Of a stretch of DNA of 64,000 bases, positions 1 to 9,624 are shown piece after piece. Each line of letters begins with the position of its first letter. Position 1 is the stretch's first letter. Below the pieces are notes generated by a model. That model worked only from the letters and a program-made list of their open reading frames with translations, had not been told where the DNA came from and did not search any database. Source of the DNA: a virus; IMG/VR virus record IMGVR_UViG_3300035180_001563, positions 58,194-122,193 of that record; one strand, given 5' to 3'. The translations under genes and the position numbers were made by a program.

Positions 1-807
1 GGGCAAAAAGAAATCAAGTTCTCTTGGCTTGATAACATCTCTATTATTTTTTGTAAAAACGATATTGTGTTCATTTAGAAAATCTGAAAGCTCCATCTCC
101 CAATTTGAATGTTGGAACAATTTAGTTGAAAATCCATGTTTTTTAAGATGAACTCCAACTGTTCGATCTCCTACGTCCAATTCTTGAGCAATTACATATA
201 AAGGTTTTTGTAAATTGTAATGTTGATCGTATAACCACTCTTTGTCATCCAATAACATTTTTGACTGTGGTGAAATTAACGAAGTACTGAAATTGTTGCA
301 GTGATATTTCTTATCTACCGTTACCTTTATTTTGTTTCTTATTATTGGTGAACTCCACGGATGTTCAACACCATATTTTGTGATATTTGTTAATTTTCTC
401 TTTGTTGTGATTAGGTCAAGTTCTTCTTTACTTTTAGAACTCATCGTCTTTTTAAATTTGGCTCTAAAATTATCTAAATCAGATTTGGTTCTAAGTTCTT
501 TAGAACTGGATATAGTGTTTCCTATACATTTACGGGATTTACATGTGCGTCCATACCTCATTTCATGTGGATCAAATGAACAAAGTGTTCCACATGAACA
601 AATTTTTATCATAGATGGGAATAATCTATCAAATAGTTCTTGATATGATGTAACGTTATGTGACTGGAGGTGTCGTAAAAATTGACCATTCTTACGACAA
701 TATGTGTTATTGTCTATAGGGGAAACTACATACTTTCCGACTAAATCTTCAGGTTTAACATTTGTGTTAGCTAGTTCCAGTGTGGGTTGATGTTGACAAC
801 AATTCAT
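1..807 (-). CDS. Hef-like free-standing homing endonuclease, runs off the window start; follows the TerL N-fragment
   Basis: Translated by hand (absent from ORF track): GGAG RBS then ATG at 807, open to position 1; contains KYGVEHPW, LLDDKEWLYDQHYNLQKPLYVIAQELDV and NNRDVIKPRELDFFLP, matching paralogs at 4802, 24478 and 61603. Confidence 0.85.
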   Translation of the reverse strand, partial: MNCCQHQPTLELANTNVKPEDLVGKYVVSPIDNNTYCRKNGQFLRHLQSHNVTSYQELFDRLFPSMIKICSCGTLCSFDPHEMRYGRTCKSRKCIGNTISSSKELRTKSDLDNFRAKFKKTMSSKSKEELDLITTKRKLTNITKYGVEHPWSSPIIRNKIKVTVDKKYHCNNFSTSLISPQSKMLLDDKEWLYDQHYNLQKPLYVIAQELDVGDRTVGVHLKKHGFSTKLFQHSNWEMELSDFLNEHNIVFTKNNRDVIKPRELDFFLP

Positions 808-1666
808 ATAATTCTCCAATAGTACAAGTTTTTGTATTTCCTTGCACATCCTGTATTTCTATAATCGTATTTATACTGCAACACTCGTATTCTTGCAACC
901 ATTTGAGCTCACCAATTTTCGCTGTTTCTGTTCTTTTGAATTCCTCGTCTCGTCCAGGTGGTTCATTCCACTTAATCCAAGTTGAAACAAATCCATTTAT
1001 GTCCAACTCTGCACCTCTCCATAGTTGTGCAAAGAGGTTTGAGTCCCCATTTGGGGTTGATGTTATGATACATGCACCACCTGTTGACAGTGTTGGTGAA
1101 ATAGAAGTCCAGAACAATTCTTGAATGTTTGGAGGTACGAAAGCAAACTCATCGCAATACAATAATGAGATTGACATACCACGACCAGAATCTTCTGTGG
1201 TTGCTTGAGATATAATACGGCTCCCATTATCAAAACCTATACTGTGTTTATTCCATTCATCATCAGCAACTCCCGGCTTTAACCACTGGGGTAGATTTTC
1301 GTAAGCTGTTCTAGCTCTTGATATCATTTCCATGGCATTACTGTTTTTATTTGACACTATCAATATAGTTTTATCTTCATGAAAAATAGCAAACCACAAA
1401 AGATATGCTGCTGAAGTTACAGATTTACCTGTCTGTCTTGCTGATAATACTATATTGAGTCGATTTCCATTATAACTATTGATTAACTGTTCTTGATATG
1501 GATATAGATTGAATGGAACGATACCCTTCACAGGATGTTGAATTTTTACATAATGTTTAATGAAATATACAGGGTCAACAGAACATCTCAATAATTCATG
1601 AACTTGATCGTTAGAATATTCAACAAGTTCATGAGCTCTTTTTATATACGGATTTTTTCTAGCCAT
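767..1666 (-). CDS. gp17: Terminase large subunit, N-terminal ATPase part, ending in a short split-intein N-fragment
   Basis: Walker A SARQTGKS, Walker B LLYCDEFAF, ITSTPNG, QEYE then CCSINTIIEIQ...TIGELYELL and stop; nuclease domain missing. Confidence 0.93.
   Translation of the reverse strand: MARKNPYIKRAHELVEYSNDQVHELLRCSVDPVYFIKHYVKIQHPVKGIVPFNLYPYQEQLINSYNGNRLNIVLSARQTGKSVTSAAYLLWFAIFHEDKTILIVSNKNSNAMEMISRARTAYENLPQWLKPGVADDEWNKHSIGFDNGSRIISQATTEDSGRGMSISLLYCDEFAFVPPNIQELFWTSISPTLSTGGACIITSTPNGDSNLFAQLWRGAELDINGFVSTWIKWNEPPGRDEEFKRTETAKIGELKWLQEYECCSINTIIEIQDVQGNTKTCTIGELYELLSTSTHTGTS
770..883 (-). mobile_element. Atypically split intein N-fragment (38 aa) in TerL
   Basis: Starts with Cys right after the conserved TerL EYE; CxxxxTxIxI...xxIGELYxLL resembles intein block A and the short IntN of TerL split inteins. 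Confidence 0.8.
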
Positions 1667-1716
1667 ACCCCAAACCCCATCATTTTGTTCTATTTATTGT
1701 GTAAAATAAAGGGGTA

Positions 1717-2139
1717 TCATTTGACAGTTGAGTCTTTCAACATTTTTAATAACTCATTTCTGTCCATTATTAAATTATTATTGACTGTTTTAGGTCCTGA
1801 CTCTTTTGAATTTTTCTCTTTTGCAATTTTTAGTGCAGCCTTCTCCTTTGCCGCTGACAAAGCTGTATTCAAAAAAGCGTTAGCTACTTCCATATTACGT
1901 GCACTATACTTTGGGTCTGACTGTGTTAACAATCCAGCTTGGTCTGCAAAAGACGTCATAGCAGCATCATATACTTCTTGAAACTGACCTTCAATTTCCC
2001 TATCCTTCTCATCGTAAGAATCGATAACAACCATATCTGTTTGAACTTGCTCTACTGTAATTTCAGTAGTACCTCGTTCAATTCCAAATATAGCTTCTAG
2101 GGGATGTTCAACTGTTTTCGTTTCAATGATTGTTTTCAT
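1717..2139 (-). CDS. Terminase small subunit (putative)
   Basis: 140 aa helical protein directly upstream of TerL; ARNMEVA and C-terminal VNNNLIMDRNELLKML resemble gp16-type proteins. Confidence 0.7.
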   Translation of the reverse strand: MKTIIETKTVEHPLEAIFGIERGTTEITVEQVQTDMVVIDSYDEKDREIEGQFQEVYDAAMTSFADQAGLLTQSDPKYSARNMEVANAFLNTALSAAKEKAALKIAKEKNSKESGPKTVNNNLIMDRNELLKMLKDSTVK

Positions 2140-2176
2140 TACAAAACACCTCTTGCAAATGTTTCGTATTTATACC

Positions 2177-2626
2177 TTAATTTGTGAAGAGTTCTTTCTC
2201 AGTGAGGATACGAAACACTACTCCATTATGATCACACCATCGTTTTGCACTTTCCCATTTTGCCACATTAATAGCATATGTTATTTGTTCGTAAAGGTTT
2301 GATCGTTTTGTAAGTTTAGTTTGACTTGCCGGCTTAATTTCAATTAACTCTTTATGCTCTTGACCATTTTTATCTTTAAATACAATAAAATAATCAGGAA
2401 AGTAATTATGAACCTTCTGATCAGTACATTTAATATAAGGAATCGCTATAACTTCAGAACCCCAATAAGTAATATTTGGATTATTATCTAAGAATTTATT
2501 GAATTTTAATTCCCAAGAAGATCTGTACGTAATCTTATTAACATCTCCAATATATTTTTCAGGATGTTGTGGTTTATATAACCCCTGTAGATATGTTCGT
2601 TGCTTTTTAGGAGCTGGATCTTTCAT
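2177..2626 (-). CDS. gp4: Head completion nuclease (T4 gp4-like, TnsA-type)
   Basis: PEKYIGD, YRSSWE, WGSE..IPY, YFPDY, LIEIKP, NxAKW motifs. Confidence 0.9.
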   Translation of the reverse strand: MKDPAPKKQRTYLQGLYKPQHPEKYIGDVNKITYRSSWELKFNKFLDNNPNITYWGSEVIAIPYIKCTDQKVHNYFPDYFIVFKDKNGQEHKELIEIKPASQTKLTKRSNLYEQITYAINVAKWESAKRWCDHNGVVFRILTEKELFTN

Positions 2627-4017
2627 AATTTAGTTTTAAACATTCCTGACGTACTTTTAACCACACTGTTAACAACTGATTTAATTTCTGAATTAACTAT
2701 CTTCACTGCCGTGTTTTTAATAACGTTTTCGATATTGGTGGGTTGTAGTAGTGAATTAACATTTATGTTGTGTATTGGTGAATAAGATTTATTGTTTGAG
2801 GTTGCAGTTTTTACTATAGACGTAATCGACATAGTACTAGCAATTTTGCTTAAATTAGCAGATGATGTTTGTGAATTCATGGTTTTACTAACAACAGCAG
2901 CCATACTTGTTGTATTGTTTGTGGAGGATCCAATACCTGATAACCCAACACCAGCTTGAACAGGTAATGTTTGTGAATTCATGGTTTTACTAACAGCAGC
3001 AGCCATAATTGTTGTATTGTTTGTGGAGGATCCAATACCTGATAACCCAACACCAGCTTGAGTAGATGATATGACAGCATCAGACATCTTTTTTGTTTCG
3101 GCCACGTTATTAGATACAAACGTATTTAAACTAGTAGAGTTATTTAATAGTGTTGAAGAGGTTACTGCTTGTTGAGTACTACTTGTATTATTACCAGCTG
3201 AGTTATTAGTACTTAAATCTTGTACTGGAAATCCGAGATTATATACCATCCCTGGACATATCTCACTAAGAGCTGTAAGCTCACTCGAATCTGTAGTTGA
3301 TTTGTGTGGTTCAATGTACATTCCATCATATACAAACTCAAATGTGATTGAGTTTGTAGCACTTTCAGTCATATTAAGTTCATCAAAGGCAATATTCGTA
3401 ATTTTAGGATTGAAAAAACTATATACATCCATATACTGATTAGCATCAAATAAGTGGAATACTTGAATTTTGCTGAATATTGATGTCATGTTTTCAATAG
3501 GGCTTCCATTCTCATTCAGAAAAAAACCACTAAATGGACTCTGTTGTAGAGTACCAAAACTAGCAGAAGAGAAATTTGAGTCACTTGGTGCTGATCCAAT
3601 TGAAAAATCGAGGCCTGAAGAAACATTTTCATAATTGGGAGTGGTTCCAGCTGAACCACTAATATTAAATATCGGACTTAAACTTCTAACATAATGAACC
3701 AATGTTCCCATAGAATTGGATCCCTTATCATCATGAACAGACATGCTTACAGGATTGTATTTAACTTGTTTTGGAACTTGAGTTTTAAAGTTATACAAAT
3801 TTACATCCTCATGCTCTATTTCTATTTTAGGGCGTTCGAATTTGTAAACCAATGATCCAATGGACTTAACACCTCCAAAATACTGTTGAAATGGTTCGTT
3901 TATATAGAATGCTACCGCAAAAAGAAATTTCGATTTGGGAGTAAACGAATCCGATATGTCTGTAGCATATGGGGTCATAAAAAGTTGAGTTTTAGATGTT
4001 TGATCTGTTGTTGCCAT
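2623..4017 (-). CDS. Tail-tube-like baseplate/tube initiator (gp54/gp19-like) with S/T-rich C-terminal tail
   Basis: PKSKFLF, RPKIE, YNPVSMSVHDD, FDELN..ITFEFVYD tube-fold motifs; adjacent to the tube gene. Confidence 0.65.
   Translation of the reverse strand: MATTDQTSKTQLFMTPYATDISDSFTPKSKFLFAVAFYINEPFQQYFGGVKSIGSLVYKFERPKIEIEHEDVNLYNFKTQVPKQVKYNPVSMSVHDDKGSNSMGTLVHYVRSLSPIFNISGSAGTTPNYENVSSGLDFSIGSAPSDSNFSSASFGTLQQSPFSGFFLNENGSPIENMTSIFSKIQVFHLFDANQYMDVYSFFNPKITNIAFDELNMTESATNSITFEFVYDGMYIEPHKSTTDSSELTALSEICPGMVYNLGFPVQDLSTNNSAGNNTSSTQQAVTSSTLLNNSTSLNTFVSNNVAETKKMSDAVISSTQAGVGLSGIGSSTNNTTIMAAAVSKTMNSQTLPVQAGVGLSGIGSSTNNTTSMAAVVSKTMNSQTSSANLSKIASTMSITSIVKTATSNNKSYSPIHNINVNSLLQPTNIENVIKNTAVKIVNSEIKSVVNSVVKSTSGMFKTKL
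2865..3061. repeat. Near-perfect tandem duplication, 102-bp period, inside the tube-like gene
   Basis: QAGVGLSGIGSSTNNTT(I/S)MAA(A/V)VSKTMNSQT twice; DNA copies near-identical. Confidence 0.9.
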
Positions 4018-4067
4018 AATAAGGTTTATCTTATAAGTATTGATTATTTATCAATACTGTACAAAAG

Positions 4068-4097
4068 AAAAAAGACCACTCAATGAGTGGTCTTTTT
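4068..4097 (-). terminator. Rho-independent terminator after the tail tube gene
   Basis: aaaaagaccactca-a-tgagtggtcttttt inverted repeat with A/T tracts. Confidence 0.8.
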
Positions 4098-4112
4098 GTT
4101 GAGTTATGCTGA

Positions 4113-4721
4113 TTATAAACTCGAACTGCCTGTAGCGTTAGTACTCTCAATGTTGCTGGTTGTTCCATTAATTTCTTGGACAGCATGATCGTATCTTAAC
4201 GTAGTAGTAATTTCTACCTTTTCATTTGCATTATAATCAAGTTCACCGTAGTTTACTTCTTTAATCCAAGCTCCTTGTAATGTCCATGTTTCGACAACAC
4301 CTTGGTTACCATCCAACATTTCAATAGTAGCAGTGAATTTATACATACTTCCAGTTGCTGTTGCTGGTAAAAATTGTCCATCGGCACCATCATCATTTGC
4401 AATAATGCGTTTTTGACCAGTTAATTGATTTTGCACTACCTGAGAAGCGGTTCCAGTTATGTCATCTTCAAATGTAACTGTGCATTCATTCCATTTATGC
4501 TTTCCAGCTACCCATGCTACTGAGTTGTAACGATGCAATTCAATTTCATCAAATGTTAACGTTGGTCTATTAAACTTAACAACTTGATAAGATAAAGGAG
4601 ATGATGTTGTTCCATACATGTCCTTAAAGGTGATACGCCAGCGGTCCTTGTGTTTTGGATGAAGAATACCTGCTGGTCCAGCACCACCAATAGGAATACC
4701 AAAATCATTAATTGTAGCCAT
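4113..4721 (-). CDS. gp19: Tail tube protein
   Basis: RPTLTF..IELHRYNS, AGKHKW, ETWTLQGAWI, GELDY, LRYD; downstream of the sheath. Confidence 0.9.
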   Translation of the reverse strand: MATINDFGIPIGGAGPAGILHPKHKDRWRITFKDMYGTTSSPLSYQVVKFNRPTLTFDEIELHRYNSVAWVAGKHKWNECTVTFEDDITGTASQVVQNQLTGQKRIIANDDGADGQFLPATATGSMYKFTATIEMLDGNQGVVETWTLQGAWIKEVNYGELDYNANEKVEITTTLRYDHAVQEINGTTSNIESTNATGSSSL

Positions 4722-4801
4722 AATTTGCTCCTGTTAAAAATCAATAAAATGTGTTTAAAGTATTTATGTGCACAACAAAGAAAAGTACGCTTTTCTTGAG
4801 T

Positions 4802-6241
4802 TTATTCATACACGAATTTATACTTCCCACAATCCCACACCCTAATAACTCCATTATTGTTACAGTTTTGTTTCTCGCTTAGATTAGTATCAAAATGGTT
4901 GAGTCGTTTTTCTAAAAACTTCCTTCTGAAATTGAATTTATGTATTCTGTTAAGTCCATCTAGTGAATATGTGTAATCCGGTGGAATGACTTCAACAAAC
5001 TTCCACCCACAACGTTCATACATCTTTCCAACACTCCAACGAGCATCAGCGAAGCTGATTACTGGAATGTTAGAATTTTTGATGTTTTTAACAAAGTGTT
5101 TAAATAATTTGTCAAAACCTCCAATTATGGTATGAGTGGTTGCATACCTGTTAAGATAGTAACATTCATCCCTGGAAATAAAGGACATTACTGCAACAAT
5201 GACATTATCATAATGTAGTGCTAAATTTATAGAACCTGGACCATTGCCCTGGATGTGATTTTTTTCAAAAAATTCTCTCTTTTCATGTGTTGTTATCGTT
5301 TTGATGGAACATTTTCTAGCATATGTAGTTTTTTCACTCAAATTAAGTAAGTGTAATATTTTTCTTTTAACTTGGTCTTTTCTAAATAACCACTCATCCT
5401 CAAAAATGGTAAGAAGTTGTATATTTAGATTTTTACATAAATTGTGTTTATTTGAATGATACTGTTTATCTTTGTAAACATCAGAATGCCAATACACTCC
5501 ACAATATTCTATAGCTAAATTAAATGAGGGGATGTATATATCCAATTCTAATGGAGAAATAATAGATCTTGTATTTGTTTTAAACTGTATATTGTGTTCA
5601 ATTAAAAATTCAGCAATTTCTTTTTCTCCACTACTTCTTGAAAAATTCTTAATTTCAATATTGTGCCTTTTCATATATGTTGACACAATACTGACATCTA
5701 CTCCAACTATCGCGGCGATCTCTGTTAGTGTCCTTTGTTGAGTGTGATGTGTTAGATACAACCATGAAGCATCATTAAGTAAGTCAATTTGTTTTCCTTG
5801 TTGCCATGGATAGTTAACTCCATATCGGAGTGTGGACGTTTTACATTTTTTTTGTTTTATTATTTTTGTTTTAGATGGGTTAGAAACTCCCCAATTAACA
5901 AAACTTGTTTGTTCTTTTTTGAATTTTACCTCATCAGAATTGTTTGAACATTTTAAGGAACAATAATCATGATATGAATTTCGTTTTTTCCCATCATTTA
6001 TAAATCTAACTGTTTGTGTCTTACATTGTTTACACATTGTCTTGGAAGTGATATTGTTAATAACACAATATAACTGTTCTCGTATGTTAGTTAAATCATT
6101 TACTATATTACATGTAAGTTCGGTTAATACTTGTTTAATTTGAGGATTTTGATTTAATAAGATTTTATATTTTGGGTTAATTTTACCTACCTGAGTGATT
6201 ACATTAATTCGTGTTAATTCTTGTAATAATTTTACATACAT
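4802..6241 (-). CDS. Hef-like homing endonuclease with C-terminal GNAT/Mom-like domain
   Basis: Zn motif CKQC..YCSLKC, YGV repeats, HTH, ELDIYIP..AIEYCGVYWHS nuclease, then ARKC/NHIQG/SFADARWS/RVWDCG. Confidence 0.85.
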   Translation of the reverse strand: MYVKLLQELTRINVITQVGKINPKYKILLNQNPQIKQVLTELTCNIVNDLTNIREQLYCVINNITSKTMCKQCKTQTVRFINDGKKRNSYHDYCSLKCSNNSDEVKFKKEQTSFVNWGVSNPSKTKIIKQKKCKTSTLRYGVNYPWQQGKQIDLLNDASWLYLTHHTQQRTLTEIAAIVGVDVSIVSTYMKRHNIEIKNFSRSSGEKEIAEFLIEHNIQFKTNTRSIISPLELDIYIPSFNLAIEYCGVYWHSDVYKDKQYHSNKHNLCKNLNIQLLTIFEDEWLFRKDQVKRKILHLLNLSEKTTYARKCSIKTITTHEKREFFEKNHIQGNGPGSINLALHYDNVIVAVMSFISRDECYYLNRYATTHTIIGGFDKLFKHFVKNIKNSNIPVISFADARWSVGKMYERCGWKFVEVIPPDYTYSLDGLNRIHKFNFRRKFLEKRLNHFDTNLSEKQNCNNNGVIRVWDCGKYKFVYE

Positions 6242-6294
6242 AAGTTCTCCGTATTTTAACAGAGGTATTTATGATGATCGTATTAATTGAAAAT

Positions 6295-6319
6295 AAAAAG
6301 GGGTCCGAAGACCCCTTTT
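6295..6319 (-). terminator. Terminator after the tail sheath gene
   Basis: aaaaggggtc-cgaa-gacccctttt (UUCG loop on the minus strand). Confidence 0.85.
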
Positions 6320-6341
6320 GATAATATCACGAACTGTAACA

Positions 6342-8627
6342 TTAACTCACATTAGTAAACAATGAAGCTCCCGACGGACGAATCACGATTGGAATATAAA
6401 TGAATTCAATCGATTTCTCAGGTTGAACAGCAATATCAATATACAATTCATTGTTATCAATCACATCAGGTGTGTTATTAGATGTGTCACAAATTGTCGC
6501 GAAGTCGTATAAACCACGCTTGACCATGATTTTGTGTAAGAAACCATCAACCATAGCTTTCACGTTGCCTCGTGTAATTGAATCATTTGGTTCAAATAAG
6601 AACGGAACAGTACTCTTGCGTAACTGTCTCCTGATATACTTCATTAAACGAGCCACGTTAACACGGTCTAACGCACTAGCAGCGCTTTGTGAAGTTTTCT
6701 GACCAAAGATAATAATTCCTCTTCCAGGTAAATTTGGAACTGGATTTATGTTTGTGAAGTTTTTGTACAGATTGTCACGTTGACCTTGGTTTAGGTTTGT
6801 TGGAACAAACGTTGTGGCAGTTCCAAGGGTGCCTGTAACATACCCAACCTGTTCGATACCAGTCACAACACCACGTGTTATTCCTGCTGGAGCAAACCAA
6901 ACTTCAGATACACTATCACTATAAGCATAAGTTTTAAGAGCTGTTCCAGACATAGCACAGTAAACCTTAGCACCATCTAAATTGGTACCTAAACAGTGTG
7001 GGTAGTAATACGAAGTGTCATTGCTGTGTTGTCTGGTACTTGTTGTAGAATCTGCCCATAATGATACAACATCTTCAGGACTCATGTTCATTGGAGTGTC
7101 TCCAATAACGAATGCTTCTTCATGTATAGCAAGCGACAGAGAAATCATTTCATCCACGACTTCATGATAGCCAGGACACAAGATCAAATTGTATTCATAC
7201 ACATCTGATAGGAAGTCAGCATTTGGGTTATTAATTGCAGCTGCTAATGCCTGTACAATTGCAACTCTACGTGCAGCATCATTCGATCCAAGAGCAGTAG
7301 CATTTAAAAACTCAGCTGTAAACTTAAACATATCTCCTGCTGACTGAAGAATAGTTGCAACTTCAGAAGGTTGAATAACCATATTATTTGTGTTTGTAGT
7401 GTATGTAACAACAAATGTGTTAGTAGTGAAGCCAGGTCTTAATGGAACATTAACTGTAGAAACTGACAATGTATCACCAGTAGTATATCCTGTTCCATAA
7501 TCTGCAGATGTAAACTCAACAGATATCACAGTTCCATTAATAACCGTTAAATCTGCGACAGCGCCATGACCTGTTCCTGTCAGTGTTGTTAAAGGAACAT
7601 TAGGATAATAACCATCGACGAAGCCAGCCCCGCCGTTTGTTAGATCTATTAAATTACCGCTATATATCCAATTCTGTACAAAAGTATTTAATCCAACATA
7701 CCCATCAGTAGCTGGCAAAGAATAACCATTTGTGTAAACACATAAACCACTACCAGTAAATCCACCAGCACTTGAACATGTAAAGTTAGATTGATCATTT
7801 TGAAATTTACTTTCTAAATTTCTGAAAGAATACATCTTATACACAGGAGCTAGTGCAGCAGCTGCGTCAGAAAGATATTCACTGGATGTAACAGCAGTCT
7901 TGTAGTTTAGAACATTTGCAACGGTAGTAGTAAACCCAGTTCCTGTCGGAATAGATGGTGCTGTTAATACGTCACCAGTTGTATAACCAGTTCCACCAGT
8001 AACCAAAGCTATTTGAGTTACACCACCTCCTGCTGTTGTAATATTTGCAACTGCCCCAACACCAGTTCCACCAACTAGAGGAACATTAGAATAATGGCTA
8101 CTTGCATAACCGGTTCCAGGTGTAGTTGCTGATAATGCACTAACTACTCCAACACTTGTTGGTACCAATTGATTTGCTGTATTATATTCTTGAATTCTTG
8201 TTGCTGTTAACTGCTCAAGAGTAACACCTGCAGCTTGAATAGCCTTATCCCACATATTGATAATATCAGCTTGATTGTCATTTAGATTCACATCTGCTCT
8301 GACTGTATATGCAAGATTAGCAACTCCCAAGAATTGGTTAAGAGCAAATACACCGTACTCATTACGAGTGTCTCCATGTAGTGCATTTCCTTGAGAATCT
8401 GTTAAAAATTTTGGAATACCATAAAGTGAACTACTTTGTGATAAAGATGTGACTGCCCGAACAACGTTGTTTTCATATGTTCCGGCTGCAGGCGTTACAC
8501 CATCAGGTTGTGTCTTCTGATCCGCAGTTGCAAGAAATATTAATGGAACAGTAGGAGCCGTATTTGGAATGAAAAACGATTGATCAGTAATACTTACTGA
8601 AACTCCTGGGGAAACTAAAATAGCCAT
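6342..8627 (-). CDS. gp18: Tail sheath protein with inserted beta-rich domains
   Basis: N-terminal LVSPGV, WFAPAGITRG, GQKT...SALDRVNVARL, FEPND, NNTPDVID, IEFIYIP. Confidence 0.95.
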   Translation of the reverse strand: MAILVSPGVSVSITDQSFFIPNTAPTVPLIFLATADQKTQPDGVTPAAGTYENNVVRAVTSLSQSSSLYGIPKFLTDSQGNALHGDTRNEYGVFALNQFLGVANLAYTVRADVNLNDNQADIINMWDKAIQAAGVTLEQLTATRIQEYNTANQLVPTSVGVVSALSATTPGTGYASSHYSNVPLVGGTGVGAVANITTAGGGVTQIALVTGGTGYTTGDVLTAPSIPTGTGFTTTVANVLNYKTAVTSSEYLSDAAAALAPVYKMYSFRNLESKFQNDQSNFTCSSAGGFTGSGLCVYTNGYSLPATDGYVGLNTFVQNWIYSGNLIDLTNGGAGFVDGYYPNVPLTTLTGTGHGAVADLTVINGTVISVEFTSADYGTGYTTGDTLSVSTVNVPLRPGFTTNTFVVTYTTNTNNMVIQPSEVATILQSAGDMFKFTAEFLNATALGSNDAARRVAIVQALAAAINNPNADFLSDVYEYNLILCPGYHEVVDEMISLSLAIHEEAFVIGDTPMNMSPEDVVSLWADSTTSTRQHSNDTSYYYPHCLGTNLDGAKVYCAMSGTALKTYAYSDSVSEVWFAPAGITRGVVTGIEQVGYVTGTLGTATTFVPTNLNQGQRDNLYKNFTNINPVPNLPGRGIIIFGQKTSQSAASALDRVNVARLMKYIRRQLRKSTVPFLFEPNDSITRGNVKAMVDGFLHKIMVKRGLYDFATICDTSNNTPDVIDNNELYIDIAVQPEKSIEFIYIPIVIRPSGASLFTNVS

Positions 8628-8800
8628 AATGGATCTCCTTAATTAAAGCATTTGTTAACTGTAATTTTTTGTATAGTTTGTGTGCAATACGGGACTACAA
8701 TTATTTCAAATTGTATTTATGAAAACACCCACATATTTTGGTTTTTATACAAATATTTCTCATTAACTGTGGAGATAACCATGTGTATTAATTAGATATT

Positions 8801-9562
8801 TTAATTCACATCAACAACATCGGCAGATGATAATAAGTCGTAATTTATATTCTGATCATTCATCTGTTGTACAATATCTGCAGAAGATACATCCAAGCTA
8901 CTAACTGCACCAATACGAGCGTATATCTTCTTAATGAGTTCATTTTTGAGTTCTGAAGGTCCAGAAATCCAAATAGGCATCTCAAAATTTATAGTAGTTA
9001 CAATCATTCTACGATCAGTCCCAATTGGATAATTTTCTTCATATTGAATATTCCGTAACACTATTTTAGTTATTTTAGTCCAATCAAATGTAGAATCTGA
9101 TGTTTGTAATTGTAAAATTGGATCGAATAGTAAAAATAGTTGTTCTAATATCTGATGTTGAGTGTTCACATTACTTGTGTAAATTGATAACGACATCATG
9201 ATGTCATATGGGTTCGGCATTAATTGGTGGATTGTTTTTGCATCTTCGTGCAATAATCCACCTCTTGGGACGTATTTTACGACTCTAGTAACACCTACAC
9301 CCTTATGTCTATGCATTGCATAACCTATTTCATCAATATGACAACTCATCACTGGTAATCTCAATGGCTTGTTTTGTGTATTGTCACTTAGAATGGCTGA
9401 TACTACTCTATCACGACTACCGTATTGAATAGGAACGATTATATCCTTTTCTGTCCCATCTGCCCTCTTGCCAGTCTTAACCACCATACCACTAAAAACG
9501 TTCATAAATTGAACTATGTAATTTGCAATCTGGTGATCAAAATAATATGTATCAATTGTCAT
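8801..9562 (-). CDS. gp15: Tail sheath stabilizer/terminator (gp15-like)
   Basis: YYFDHQI, VPIQYG, LPVMS, PNPYDI, QILEQL..FDP. Confidence 0.85.
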   Translation of the reverse strand: MTIDTYYFDHQIANYIVQFMNVFSGMVVKTGKRADGTEKDIIVPIQYGSRDRVVSAILSDNTQNKPLRLPVMSCHIDEIGYAMHRHKGVGVTRVVKYVPRGGLLHEDAKTIHQLMPNPYDIMMSLSIYTSNVNTQHQILEQLFLLFDPILQLQTSDSTFDWTKITKIVLRNIQYEENYPIGTDRRMIVTTINFEMPIWISGPSELKNELIKKIYARIGAVSSLDVSSADIVQQMNDQNINYDLLSSADVVDVN

Positions 9563-9624
9563 ATGTTAACCTTACTGTTTTTGATATTTATATGTTCATT
9601 TAACCACCATTCATTGAATGGTGG

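Noticed and set aside
332-643. Plus-strand 103-aa ORF and the many other short antisense ORFs in the track (e.g. 780, 18830, 19600, 21314, 26525)
   Set aside because: They are shadows of well-supported genes on the opposite strand, with no motifs and low-complexity translations
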